A stretch of 64,000 nt of DNA from Candidatus Poribacteria bacterium (GTDB taxonomy: Bacteria; Poribacteria; WGA-4E; PCPOR2b): NCBI GenBank assembly GCA_965116925.1, contig OZ220744.1, positions 3,904,001 to 3,968,000 on the forward strand, written 5' to 3'. The notes below the pieces were generated by a model. It saw nothing but the letters and a program-made list of their open reading frames with translations, searched no databases and was not told the DNA's origin. This document shows, in pieces, positions 48,549 through 58,083 of this stretch (positions are counted from its first letter, which is position 1; each line of letters begins with the position of its first letter). The position numbers and the translations under genes were made by a program.

Positions 48549-50465
48549 TCACCAGATAAACCGATACATCGGTCTCTGTACAATCACACCAATTAGTGCC
48601 CATACACCTCCGAGCAGAAACTCGCCGAAGAGCATTCCGAGAAAGAACGGTGCTAGGCGACGAAACGTCCTTATGCCTCCAAAGCGGAGGATGCACAACT
48701 TAATCACCCAAGCGACGAGCACCGAAGACCAAAAAAAGTTGACCGCCCATGTGCCTGTGATGCCGTACCCAACGGGATAGAGGGGCCACCAAACGAAACG
48801 ATGACGTAAGGCGGTGAGAGCGAAGGTGAAGAGCGTACCGAAGAGCATTGCCAAGATTCCCAAGATGTCCACAGGCATCGGGTTGGTGAGCCAACTCTGA
48901 GTTCGTCGAAAGACACCACCGCCCCAAAACGCCACCGCACCGGATTCGTAACCGAGCTGCAATCCACCCCAGAACAACGGCAATGGGCTGATGACAACAG
49001 CGATTAGTATCGCGAATCCGACACGACGCGTTGAGATACCCGCCCGCTCGGCGAGTTTCAGTGCTTCCAGTTGCGGCGGCATGGCATTGCCCCGATAGGC
49101 GCGATTGAAAGGAAACACGAGCGCGAACAGGCTGAGGTTTCTAGGACCGACTCGCCGCATACCAAACATCTGTGGAATTAAGACATCAGGTCCCATCCTG
49201 CGGAGATCATGAAGGGGCGGTCCAAGTTCGGCGCGGATGCGGGCTGTAACGGTCACGGTTATAAAATGGATGATAAAAACTAGGACAGCAACCCAGAGCG
49301 ACATCCCGGCTACTACCCAAAAACCGATTAACAGCAGGAAACCGATAATTATTCCGAGGACTGCGGTACGATAAGAAATCGGTTCGTTAGACTCAGACGC
49401 TTTTTCGCCGTGCCACGCGCCTATCAGTACATTTCGTATATGATGCCGTGCACTCCAAAACACTAGAATCAGTACACCGACACAAACGCCAAACGATTGT
49501 TCAAAGATATAGGGAAAATTGGGGATCTGCTGAAACCCGAGAATACTCCCCATGATCAACTCAAATTTCCAAAAGATATAGAAAAACCAGAACGCGAAAG
49601 AGAGATCGAGCGGCATAAAATATGCCATCCCAACAGCAAAGGGGAAGAGCGTCACAGGTGTCCACCCGATAGCGTTCCACGGTTTCGTAGTAAAATAGGG
49701 TTGCAGATCAAAAAAATCGCCACCGAGTCCTGGGATGGCTGGATACAAGAAATGCAGCGCGTTGACGATGTCCATACCACCAGCGAGAATCGCCCCAGCC
49801 CACATCAATCGATTCCGAAAGAAACCTTTGGCAGTCATCTGCTGCGGAAGTTCGATAATTGGGTAGCTGAGTCGTTCTATCTCAATCCACTGTTTCCGCA
49901 TAACGACGTTGATGCAAAATGCTGTGCACACAAGGACGACAATAAACCCAGACCACGAAAGGACAGGCTTCCACCATAACCGAAGATGCTCGTCAAGGTA
50001 AAGGGTCGATTCACCGATAAAATAGGTTCTGAGGCTGTTTTTGTCGGTCAACGCCAGCCAATCGGGGAAGTAACGGTGAAACAACGTTGCCCATTCGTTC
50101 TCCTCAGTTGCCATCCAACCACCGACGGCGATATGTGTGATAATTACGGCGAAGAAATCCGCACCGGCGATTGCGGTAGCGACGGAGAGCATGGCGTAGA
50201 AGGTCAGCAATTCGCCTTGTGTCAATGCCAGTCGCGGTGAATATAGGGAAATTCCATAATTCAACACGAGCAGAATCGCAAAGATAAAAATCACATTGAA
50301 GAAGAGCGACATGGTCGTCGGGAGTCCCTGTGCCCACCGCAACATCGCGTAAACCCAATAGTTATTAAAGGGGATGATAGCCACCGCCAGCCAGATTACA
50401 CGCCAACGGATTTCTGGCTGAGGGCGGCGGGTCGAAGCGGGAAAACGATTGTCTGTCGGACTCAA
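48549..50465 (-). CDS. Large polytopic membrane protein, paralogue 3
   Basis: Same motifs, more divergent; start uncertain. Confidence 0.72.
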   Translation of the reverse strand: MSPTDNRFPASTRRPQPEIRWRVIWLAVAIIPFNNYWVYAMLRWAQGLPTTMSLFFNVIFIFAILLVLNYGISLYSPRLALTQGELLTFYAMLSVATAIAGADFFAVIITHIAVGGWMATEENEWATLFHRYFPDWLALTDKNSLRTYFIGESTLYLDEHLRLWWKPVLSWSGFIVVLVCTAFCINVVMRKQWIEIERLSYPIIELPQQMTAKGFFRNRLMWAGAILAGGMDIVNALHFLYPAIPGLGGDFFDLQPYFTTKPWNAIGWTPVTLFPFAVGMAYFMPLDLSFAFWFFYIFWKFELIMGSILGFQQIPNFPYIFEQSFGVCVGVLILVFWSARHHIRNVLIGAWHGEKASESNEPISYRTAVLGIIIGFLLLIGFWVVAGMSLWVAVLVFIIHFITVTVTARIRAELGPPLHDLRRMGPDVLIPQMFGMRRVGPRNLSLFALVFPFNRAYRGNAMPPQLEALKLAERAGISTRRVGFAILIAVVISPLPLFWGGLQLGYESGAVAFWGGGVFRRTQSWLTNPMPVDILGILAMLFGTLFTFALTALRHRFVWWPLYPVGYGITGTWAVNFFWSSVLVAWVIKLCILRFGGIRTFRRLAPFFLGMLFGEFLLGGVWALIGVIVQRPMYRFIW

Positions 50466-50540
50466 TGTGATTCTTTCTTGGACTGGTTACTCGGCGTAAT
50501 GTGTAAGAAAAACCCTTACGCATTATTCCTTCGGGGATAT

Positions 50541-51641
50541 TTATGCGGAGGCGATTGTTAACTCCCTCATCTTGTCATCGTCCAACTCGATGCCCAAACC
50601 AGGTCCCTCTGGTGGATACAGGTGGCTCTCCTCGGCTCGGATGCGCTCTTTGGCAGGTGAAACTGTATAGAGTAGGGGACCAGCAGGGTCAGCAGGAATA
50701 TCGAGGTTCGGCACCGAAACTCCGAGATGCACTGCCCCGGCTGTGCCCACGGTTGAATCCTGATCGGTCGAAAGCAAGGTCTTCAAGCCCGCGGCTTCTG
50801 CTAGCGCGAACATCCGGCGCACGTAAGTCGGTCCATACCAAACCCACGCCAAGTTAAGGACGGTGCACGCCCCACGCTCAATTGCCTCGTAACCCTGCTC
50901 TAGGGTGTTGATATGGAGACTCACCGGTACATCTATTCGCTTGACAAAGTCTGCACATACCCGCAAATTGTTTGATGGTTGTTCAAAATTATACGGGTTA
51001 TGGTGACGTAGCACGTCTGCATAGCGCAGGGCGGTCTCCCAATCTGAGAAACGTCCGGAGAAATCGAAGGCTTTGAGTTTGATCTTGTCCCCGAAACGGT
51101 CTTTCATCTCGGTGATGAACCGGTTGTCCCGATCGGCGTCCCCTGAAACGTAGTAGCGAAACAGATGATGCCCCAAATCCACTAGCCGCTGTAGATAGTG
51201 AGCATTCCGCTCAAAGCCGTCCTCTAGGTGCACCCCGATGATTGGATAGCAGAAGTACACGCTGTCTCGCACTTTCCCACCCATTAAATTGTGGGCTGGC
51301 ACACCCTGGGCCTTGCCGTTGAGATCGTACAGTGCGATGTCGATGGCGGCTGTTATGTGCGAGTTGAAGACTGTGCTCTCAAAGTCCTGCGCCCGCATCA
51401 ATTCATTAATCTCGGTAATCCGAGTAGCGTCGCGTCCAACCAACAAATCGTTGTAGCGCTTTGTTAGCGCGCCTAGATCGTCAGCCTTGCTGTCCGGCGC
51501 CTCTCCTAGCCCTACAAGTCCGTCAGCCACATGCAGCTTTACGACAACGTGGCCTGATGGTGCTTCGCCTGTGTCAACGGGGTATTTTTGGTAATAGCGC
51601 GGGGTTTCAATCTGGAACGTTTCGATTTTCGTAATTTTCAT
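50541..51641 (-). CDS. Enolase-superfamily (mandelate racemase/MLE-like) enzyme
   Basis: MKITKIE, GLGEA, AIDIALYDL.GK...LMGG, EQP, GPGLGIELD. Confidence 0.85.
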   Translation of the reverse strand: MKITKIETFQIETPRYYQKYPVDTGEAPSGHVVVKLHVADGLVGLGEAPDSKADDLGALTKRYNDLLVGRDATRITEINELMRAQDFESTVFNSHITAAIDIALYDLNGKAQGVPAHNLMGGKVRDSVYFCYPIIGVHLEDGFERNAHYLQRLVDLGHHLFRYYVSGDADRDNRFITEMKDRFGDKIKLKAFDFSGRFSDWETALRYADVLRHHNPYNFEQPSNNLRVCADFVKRIDVPVSLHINTLEQGYEAIERGACTVLNLAWVWYGPTYVRRMFALAEAAGLKTLLSTDQDSTVGTAGAVHLGVSVPNLDIPADPAGPLLYTVSPAKERIRAEESHLYPPEGPGLGIELDDDKMRELTIASA

Positions 51642-51691
51642 TTGTTTTCCCTTTCAGTGGCTAACAATAGTGCAAAGCGATGGTAGCATCA

Positions 51692-52531
51692 TCACGACCA
51701 GACAAAAATTTCTTCATCGTCCGGGGACATGCCAAAGAAGGCAGCGAGCACAATGCGCGGCTTCTCACCCACTACCGGCGGCACTTCATGGATATTTTCA
51801 GAGAAAAAGAAGTAAAGGTCGCCGGGTTCGAGTTGAATTTGAGCACGGGGAATACCTTGGTCAACGACATATTGGCTAAACGTGCCGGCGGTGATATATT
51901 CCTGCACAACGGGTGTCCAAGGACAGTTATAGAGGAAGGGTTCTCCATTTTCACCCTCATTTTCGGAGTTCTGGAAGCACATTACCCCAGCCAACTGATG
52001 CTGGAACCGCGCGACCTGATAATGGAACAGCTTCTGTCGTTTTGCTACGGAATCAAAGTGCGGTCCGTGTCCTCTGTCGGCATAATAGGCGCGAAAAACG
52101 GCGGGACCGTAGAGGCGTCCGTCCGGCTCGCGAGCGGTCATCACGCGCTTGTCCGGTGCCAGACACGACAACATCTTGTAGAAGGTGTTCACTGGATCGT
52201 CATACCCGTTAAACAGGGTTTTGAAAAGTTCGTGGGTGTCGGCAGCGTAGGCGAAGAGTTTGTCGGGATCGGCATTGTACCTAACGAAAGCGGGACCAAC
52301 GTACACAGGTCTGTTACTCTCTTCGTTGTTTTCAGTTGGACGAGGATCGTATATCAAGCCACGTTCATAGAGTCTCTCTATAAGACCCACACAGTGCTCC
52401 GGGTTGAAAGCTTGGCGGAGGACAATTGCCGGTACTTTGCCTGATACCAACGCATTGAGAGGATTTGGATATTTCTCTAATATTTCTTGTAGACTACCTT
52501 CAGCAGGTGCCCACGCATGGGGTGCTGTCAT
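51692..52531 (-). CDS. 2OG-Fe(II) oxygenase-like protein
   Basis: PHFD (HxD), PGDLYFF...HEV..V.G..PR. Confidence 0.7.
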   Translation of the reverse strand: MTAPHAWAPAEGSLQEILEKYPNPLNALVSGKVPAIVLRQAFNPEHCVGLIERLYERGLIYDPRPTENNEESNRPVYVGPAFVRYNADPDKLFAYAADTHELFKTLFNGYDDPVNTFYKMLSCLAPDKRVMTAREPDGRLYGPAVFRAYYADRGHGPHFDSVAKRQKLFHYQVARFQHQLAGVMCFQNSENEGENGEPFLYNCPWTPVVQEYITAGTFSQYVVDQGIPRAQIQLEPGDLYFFFSENIHEVPPVVGEKPRIVLAAFFGMSPDDEEIFVWS

Positions 52532-52595
52532 TGCTCGATCCTTTCTTCAAATAATGGCATGAGAATATCACAATGCGGATTGTTCAAAAGTTAAA

Positions 52596-52686
52596 GGCTC
52601 ATATAAAAAGAAAGTGCAAAGTACGAAGAGAAACCGAGTTTTCAAGAAAAAACTCGGTTTCTTTGCACTAAATCTTAACATGAGCG
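52596..52686. mobile_element. Family D MITE with 8-bp target duplication
   Basis: GGCTCATATAAAAAGAAAGTGCAAA / TTTGCACTAAATCTTAACATGAGCG; AAGTTAAA at 52588-52595 and 52687-52694; internal palindrome at 52629-52662. Confidence 0.85.
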
Positions 52687-52700
52687 AAGTTAAAATAAGA

Positions 52701-53648
52701 TTAAGGATCGACAGGCATTACGCAACGAAAGCCAAAGTAACTGAGTGTGACCGCTGGCTCGCTGCTGTAGCGGTACGCGACACGAAGGATCTCCGGAGTG
52801 CTGTGCCACGACCCCCCGCGAAGTATGCGACGTTCTCTAATACTATTGAAGTTATCAGGCATCAAGAGTGTAATTCCGCCTGATACCGGGTTCTCTTTTG
52901 GACTGTTTTCGTAAAACTCTACATCCAATTCGTCTACACACCATTCCCATACGTTTCCAGCGATATCGTATAGCTCATAGCCATTTGGAGGATATAGCCC
53001 TACAGGAGCAGTTGTTTGGTAGCCGTCATCAGCGTTCGGATCTGACCAAGAATAGCTTGTATTCTTATCCGCGTAGTTGCATTGACTTCCATCAGGCTCA
53101 TCATCTCCCCACGGATACCGTTCCCTGACCTGCCCACCGCGGGCGGCTTTCTCCCACTCCGCTTCGGTCGGTAGGCGCTTGCCTGCCCACTGGGCATACG
53201 CCGATGCACCGTACCAACTCACTTCAACCACGGCATACTCTTCAAACCCCGCCTTTGCTCGGTATTGCCCCCCAACCGATTCGATCATCTCATCACCGTC
53301 GCCGATATCCAACCAGATATGACCGGTATCCCCCACATGCTTTCCCATCGCATTGAGGAATTTCGCATACATTGCGTTGGTTACTTCGTAGACATCAATA
53401 TAGAAATCGTCGACGAAAACGGTGTGGACGGGGCGCTCGTAGGTAGTACCTTCGTTGAAGGGATCGCCCATCTCAAACTCCCCAGCAGGAATCAGCACCA
53501 TCTCCGCATTGTCGTTACCCACAATTTTATCGGGATGGTCTCCATTCTCTTGCTCATCATCACTTCCACAGCCTAACGATAGTAAAGCGAGCAAAATGAA
53601 AAGTAATTCCATACTATACGCAGATTTTCGACGAGAATCTTCGCGCAT
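52701..53648 (-). CDS. FGE-sulfatase (SUMF1) domain lipoprotein
   Basis: Lipobox-like LGC; IPAGEFEMG, RLPTEAEWEKAARGG, N.Y.LYD.AGNVWEW, RGGSW, GFRC. Confidence 0.88.
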   Translation of the reverse strand: MREDSRRKSAYSMELLFILLALLSLGCGSDDEQENGDHPDKIVGNDNAEMVLIPAGEFEMGDPFNEGTTYERPVHTVFVDDFYIDVYEVTNAMYAKFLNAMGKHVGDTGHIWLDIGDGDEMIESVGGQYRAKAGFEEYAVVEVSWYGASAYAQWAGKRLPTEAEWEKAARGGQVRERYPWGDDEPDGSQCNYADKNTSYSWSDPNADDGYQTTAPVGLYPPNGYELYDIAGNVWEWCVDELDVEFYENSPKENPVSGGITLLMPDNFNSIRERRILRGGSWHSTPEILRVAYRYSSEPAVTLSYFGFRCVMPVDP

Positions 53649-53970
53649 TAAACTGCCCCCCTGTGAAATTAGTTTTGACTGGCATGTTGAGGTATGAAGC
53701 CCACCCTTCAATGAAACAAAGAGCAAGTGATTCTTAGGGGTAAGCGGATGTTGTGATGCTAGGAAGGAATTGCACTCCCTAGCGACTATTGATAGGCACA
53801 ACTTCAAGGAGCAGCAATACAGTCTAATCTCATCGGACGGGCACCACCATCGGTTTCGGTAAGTCCTGATTCTGCGAAATCGTGCCGATCTTCACGGAAT
53901 GGTAGTGTCACAATGACGTAAGTTTTCAGTTTCAGAAAACCTACGCCATCGGAATTGAAACTCTACTTGG

Positions 53971-54747
53971 TTAGTTAAATTGTGGGATCAAAGCGCCTTC
54001 ACCAAAAATAGTGGGGAGCGGCTGACCATCGTTTGTCCTAGCCGCGGCATCTATATAAGCGACGCTGAATGCCCGCCGCGGCAAACCGGTATCATTCACC
54101 GCGGAAGTGTGAATTAGGTTGACGTGCAGCAATACCCCTTCACCCGGCTCTAATTCAAGGGTGATGGGATCCGCCACTGCGAAGAGAACTTCCAACTGTT
54201 CTTCTGTTGGGAAGTTTCCTTCATAGATACGGTGATGAGATTTTGGAATTACCCTGAGACAGCCACTATCAAGGGTCGCAGGATCGAGCGCCGCCCAGAT
54301 GATAATGTCTGAAAATTTGTCAAGGTTCCGAAATACATCCTGATGCCAAGGAAGGTGAGTTCCTGTGTCCGCCGGTTTATTCATAAACATTGCACGCGGG
54401 GTAGCAATCGAGGTAGAGGGACCATAGGCTCTGGCGCAAATGTCCCGGAAAGCAGGTTTTTGCATATACGACAGGAAGAATGGGTCAAGCTCAAGTTCCG
54501 TAATCTTACGGTAGTTTAACGTCGGACCTTTGTGTCCCTTGGTCATTGGCTCCATCTTACTGTAGTCAGCAGTCTTACCATCAATTTGCATCATTATCTG
54601 GTCATAGGGGAGTTGGGCTTTGCCCATCATGATGTCATCAATGCGCTTCTGCAAAGTATCGAGTTCTTCATCGTCCATCACTCTACCGAGGCGGAGATAG
54701 CCTTCCTCCTCGAATTGCTGCCATTGGCTATCATTGATTGGTTGCAT
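53971..54747 (-). CDS. Phytanoyl-CoA dioxygenase (PhyH) family protein
   Basis: FEEEGYL, PWHQD, GCLRVIPKSH, HTS..N...RR. Confidence 0.88.
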   Translation of the reverse strand: MQPINDSQWQQFEEEGYLRLGRVMDDEELDTLQKRIDDIMMGKAQLPYDQIMMQIDGKTADYSKMEPMTKGHKGPTLNYRKITELELDPFFLSYMQKPAFRDICARAYGPSTSIATPRAMFMNKPADTGTHLPWHQDVFRNLDKFSDIIIWAALDPATLDSGCLRVIPKSHHRIYEGNFPTEEQLEVLFAVADPITLELEPGEGVLLHVNLIHTSAVNDTGLPRRAFSVAYIDAAARTNDGQPLPTIFGEGALIPQFN

Positions 54748-54818
54748 AATTTGGCAATCCTCCTAATTTTAACATCGTCAAAGTTTTAGTTCATTAATAA
54801 ACTAGTGAGCTAATGAAC

Positions 54819-54957
54819 TATGGTAGATTTTAGAATTACTTAGACAGTTCCAATGCAGATGTACAGATTGGGAAATCTGTACCCACAAACAACCCCCTAA
54901 ATCCCCCTTGTCAGGGGGACTTTGGCAAATGTTCACTTATTTGTCTAATTCACCATA
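54819..54957. mobile_element. Family C MITE
   Basis: TATGGTAGATTTTAGA...TCTAATTCACCATA imperfect inverted ends; homologous to 17131-17268. Confidence 0.7.
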
Positions 54958-54969
54958 AATCGGTTGTTA

Positions 54970-56775
54970 TCACTTATCTGACTGCTCTGGAATTCGGTCA
55001 AAATATATTTTGAGTTTCGCCTTATTACGGAGTTGAGTGTGCAGTTTAGCCGTAAGTGCATTACGCATTTCCGTTTGGGCATCCGCTGTTACTATCCGCC
55101 GCACCTCTGAGTCGTCAAGCGTTTTTTGGACTGCTGGATTATGTTCTTCTTTTCGGAAAATTGTATAGTATTCTCTGCCTTGAAAGCTGACAGTCATGAT
55201 ATCATCAACAGTCTGTCCCACTTCCATTGCAAAAGCGGCGTCAGTAAAGGCTTGCTGCTCTTTCGGGAAGGTATCGTGGGTCAGGTAACCGGTATCGCCG
55301 GGGTTGAGGGGATCCGCTCCGGGACCGGTCAATTCTCCGGTATCTGACAACTCCTTCGCGACTTCGATCATGTCTTTGCCCGATTGAATTGACTCAAAAA
55401 CCTCCTTCGCACGGTCACTGTCCCTAAGCGTGATACAGGTTAGCCGTACCTGTTCCTCTTCGGCGAATTCGCTTTTGCGCGCTTCATAGCTGGCTTGTAT
55501 ATCTTCCTCTGTCACTTCGACTTTCTCTTCAACTTCGATTTTCCAGAGTTTATTGGCTAGCATCGTGTGGAGATACCTTCGGTTTTTTCTCTGGATTTCT
55601 GGTTCGTCTCCGAGTTTTCGAGCTTTGGCGAGACAGAGTATTAAGCGACCTTCTGCCATCAGGGTTACGTATTCTTCAAGGCGCGCTTTGTCTTTATAGC
55701 GCTCAGGTGTATACTCTGAGAGTTCGCGAATGTCCTGTATCATTTCAGCAAGCGTAATCTGCTGCTTTCCGTTGCAATCAAACTCTGCAATGACAATATT
55801 TTCCGCGTTTGTCACCGATTCCTCTTGATCCAGCACTGTTTCAGGAACCCGTTCGGGGTAGGTTTTCAGTTCACTTGTCGAGGTGACTTCTGCCACCCAT
55901 TCAATAATTCGCTGCCGTTTTTTCTCACGCTTAACGGAGGGTTCAATATAGTCTCTGACCTCCTCAAAATCCGCTATCCGTTCCGGTAGGTGTTCCTCCT
56001 TGCGGAAAATGAGGTAGTACGTTTCGTGATCCATCTCAAGTTCAAGGATCTCTTCCGTGATTTCGCCGATTTCCATGTCAAAAGCGGCATCAACAAAAAC
56101 CTGCCAGTCTTGGGATTCATCTTTGGTAAAGAGCCCTGTGTTCCCCGGATCTGTCTTGTTGCTACCAGGACCAAACAATTTTTCTTTTTCTGACAGTTCT
56201 TTTGCCAGTTCACTGATGTCTACTCCAGCTTTGATTTGTGCCAATGCCTCCTGTGCAAGCGTTTTTTCCAAGACACTGAGGCAGGTTACTCGTGCTGCTG
56301 CCTCTTCGACGTATTCTGATTTGTGTTCCTCGTAATACTGCCGCCGGTCCTCGTCCGTGGGAGAGACCTTTTCATCGACTTCAATCAGCGTCAGGCGCTC
56401 GATTAAGAGCGTGTGTTTGTATTCCCGCGCCTTCTTGACTATCTCTTCATCTTTATTCAACTCTTTATCTATTGCTGCGAGGACTTTCAACTTCTCGTCA
56501 ATGAACTCTGGTAGATATTCTGTTTTGCCGGCTTTGCTTGCGTAGTTTTCCTGCTGAAAAATTGACAATTCTCCAATCGCCGCCTTGAAATCCGCAAGCG
56601 AAATCTCGATTTTTTTGCCGTTCCATTGATATTCAGCCAAGATGATCTGACTTTCATCGACAGATGCCGACTCGTCGGGATCGGTAACAGGATCTGTTTG
56701 CTGCGATTGAGCAATCTGCCAACCCGCTATGTTGATTGCGACAAGGGCAGTCAACATAATCAATGCTTTTTTCAT
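54970..56775 (-). CDS. Secreted parvulin/PpiC-type peptidyl-prolyl isomerase, internally duplicated
   Basis: Signal peptide; two homologous halves each with A.ELS...PG.TG, F.DAAF.M..G, Y.IFRKEEH.P. Confidence 0.75.
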   Translation of the reverse strand: MKKALIMLTALVAINIAGWQIAQSQQTDPVTDPDESASVDESQIILAEYQWNGKKIEISLADFKAAIGELSIFQQENYASKAGKTEYLPEFIDEKLKVLAAIDKELNKDEEIVKKAREYKHTLLIERLTLIEVDEKVSPTDEDRRQYYEEHKSEYVEEAAARVTCLSVLEKTLAQEALAQIKAGVDISELAKELSEKEKLFGPGSNKTDPGNTGLFTKDESQDWQVFVDAAFDMEIGEITEEILELEMDHETYYLIFRKEEHLPERIADFEEVRDYIEPSVKREKKRQRIIEWVAEVTSTSELKTYPERVPETVLDQEESVTNAENIVIAEFDCNGKQQITLAEMIQDIRELSEYTPERYKDKARLEEYVTLMAEGRLILCLAKARKLGDEPEIQRKNRRYLHTMLANKLWKIEVEEKVEVTEEDIQASYEARKSEFAEEEQVRLTCITLRDSDRAKEVFESIQSGKDMIEVAKELSDTGELTGPGADPLNPGDTGYLTHDTFPKEQQAFTDAAFAMEVGQTVDDIMTVSFQGREYYTIFRKEEHNPAVQKTLDDSEVRRIVTADAQTEMRNALTAKLHTQLRNKAKLKIYFDRIPEQSDK

Positions 56776-56957
56776 CCGCAGATTTCTCCCCTAGCAGATA
56801 AAAAATTGCGGTGAGAAGTCTGCACGAATGAATTCGGCAAATTCCTCACCGCAATTTGTTGTGAAAACGAACCCAAAATTCAGTCCGCTTTCCTACTGTT
56901 TGCATATCTTTTTAAATGTAAGATTTAGACGATGGAAAAATCTCTAACGCTGCCTCA

Positions 56958-57758
56958 TTAATTCCTAGAAGCTTTGAGACTCCCCCAAGTGAGAGGAAGT
57001 TTCCCCTTCGATTCAACCGCTAAAAACTGTCCGTCCATCAACAGTTGAAGTTCGTCGTTTGTCAAATTTCGCTTCATCAGGAAAAGTTCATCGAACTCTC
57101 CATCCCAGAAACGTTCCTCTTTAAACCGACCAATTTCCAAATTGGCGGGGGTATTAGCGGAACCGGGTGCTGAACCCGCGTCATCCTTATGGTCTAGTTT
57201 GCCATCAATAAACAGCGAGACTGTTTCTTTGTTTGTACGCATGGAGGCGACGTGATGCCATACGTCATCGGCGATCTCAGTTTTGCTAGGAATCTCAGCA
57301 CCGAAGCCGACGGGTGCAGGTATATGATAGCGGGTGAAGAGCAACTTATCCCTTAGCTTGATATACCAGCCCCCGCCATCCCATTTGATATAAACAAAGC
57401 CCTGACCTACCTCTTTGCCAGTCTTAACCCAAGCAGCGAGGGTGGTATCAGATTCGCCGAGATCCAAAGCTGGAACATCTGCTACAAATGCCGACTGCTC
57501 TTTCCCGTCTATAAATGAAAGGCAGGTTCCAAATTTTTTATCTACGGAATCCACCCATGCTGGCCCTCCTTCAATCTCCCCCTCCAGTTTGTTGGGACCG
57601 AGGTCTTTTATTATATCCCCCTTGCCTTCATCCAGAGGGAAGTAGAATACGAGGAGCGGGTCATCCAATTGGATCTGGCTATATCCTAAGGTTGGCAACA
57701 AGCCTATCAAAAAGATAAAGACCAGAGTGCTGATTGGAAATCTCTTCAACCTTTGCAT
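56958..57758 (-). CDS. LamG-like jellyroll protein with C-terminal WGxLK tag
   Basis: YFPLDEG.G, WHHVA, LFIDG, IG, FDE; ends AVESKGKLPLTWGSLK. Confidence 0.85.
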   Translation of the reverse strand: MQRLKRFPISTLVFIFLIGLLPTLGYSQIQLDDPLLVFYFPLDEGKGDIIKDLGPNKLEGEIEGGPAWVDSVDKKFGTCLSFIDGKEQSAFVADVPALDLGESDTTLAAWVKTGKEVGQGFVYIKWDGGGWYIKLRDKLLFTRYHIPAPVGFGAEIPSKTEIADDVWHHVASMRTNKETVSLFIDGKLDHKDDAGSAPGSANTPANLEIGRFKEERFWDGEFDELFLMKRNLTNDELQLLMDGQFLAVESKGKLPLTWGSLKASRN

Positions 57759-57938
57759 TTAAATATCCTCCTGTTTGCGGTTATTACAGAAATTTGCATC
57801 GTGCCGACACATTGTCTGCACGAATGGCGACTCGCTTGCGAATCTCATTGACCAACTGAAGTTATGCTGACGAATCAGAACTGCTGCGAATCTGCTCACT
57901 TCATTGCAAATCTCTGCAGATTATTGCATCATGAATCT

Positions 57939-57967
57939 ATTATAATACTAAAAAAAAAATATGTCGA
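57939..57967 (-). promoter_or_regulatory. Putative sigma70 promoter with a 10-nt homopolymer in the spacer
   Basis: Minus strand TCGACA-17 nt-TATAAT; A10 at 57950-57959 on the plus strand. Confidence 0.55.
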
Positions 57968-57986
57968 TCTAAAATTTAATTTTTTC

Positions 57987-58016
57987 TTGACATGTATTTA
58001 ATGGATATGATACGAT
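57987..58016 (+). promoter_or_regulatory. Putative sigma70 promoter for the LamG array
   Basis: TTGACA-18 nt-TACGAT. Confidence 0.5.
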
Positions 58017-58083
58017 GATTTTAATTTTTTTAGGGCGGTTAAACTGGAATGGATTGTCGGATTTTGAAAAGGAGCGATTGAGA

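Noticed and set aside
51680..52444. 254-aa plus-strand ORF
   Set aside because: Antisense shadow of the oxygenase-like gene, with no recognisable motifs. The same applies to the many short ORFs overlapping called genes.
52701..53648. FGE-sulfatase (C-type-lectin fold) gene as a diversity-generating retroelement target
   Set aside because: No reverse transcriptase and no adenine-variant template repeat of its 3' end found in the window; a remote DGR cannot be excluded.
53650..53970. Long intergenic region as a riboswitch or ncRNA (also 57760-57930)
   Set aside because: Only short hairpins; no recognisable aptamer or tRNA consensus by eye. An Rfam scan would be needed.
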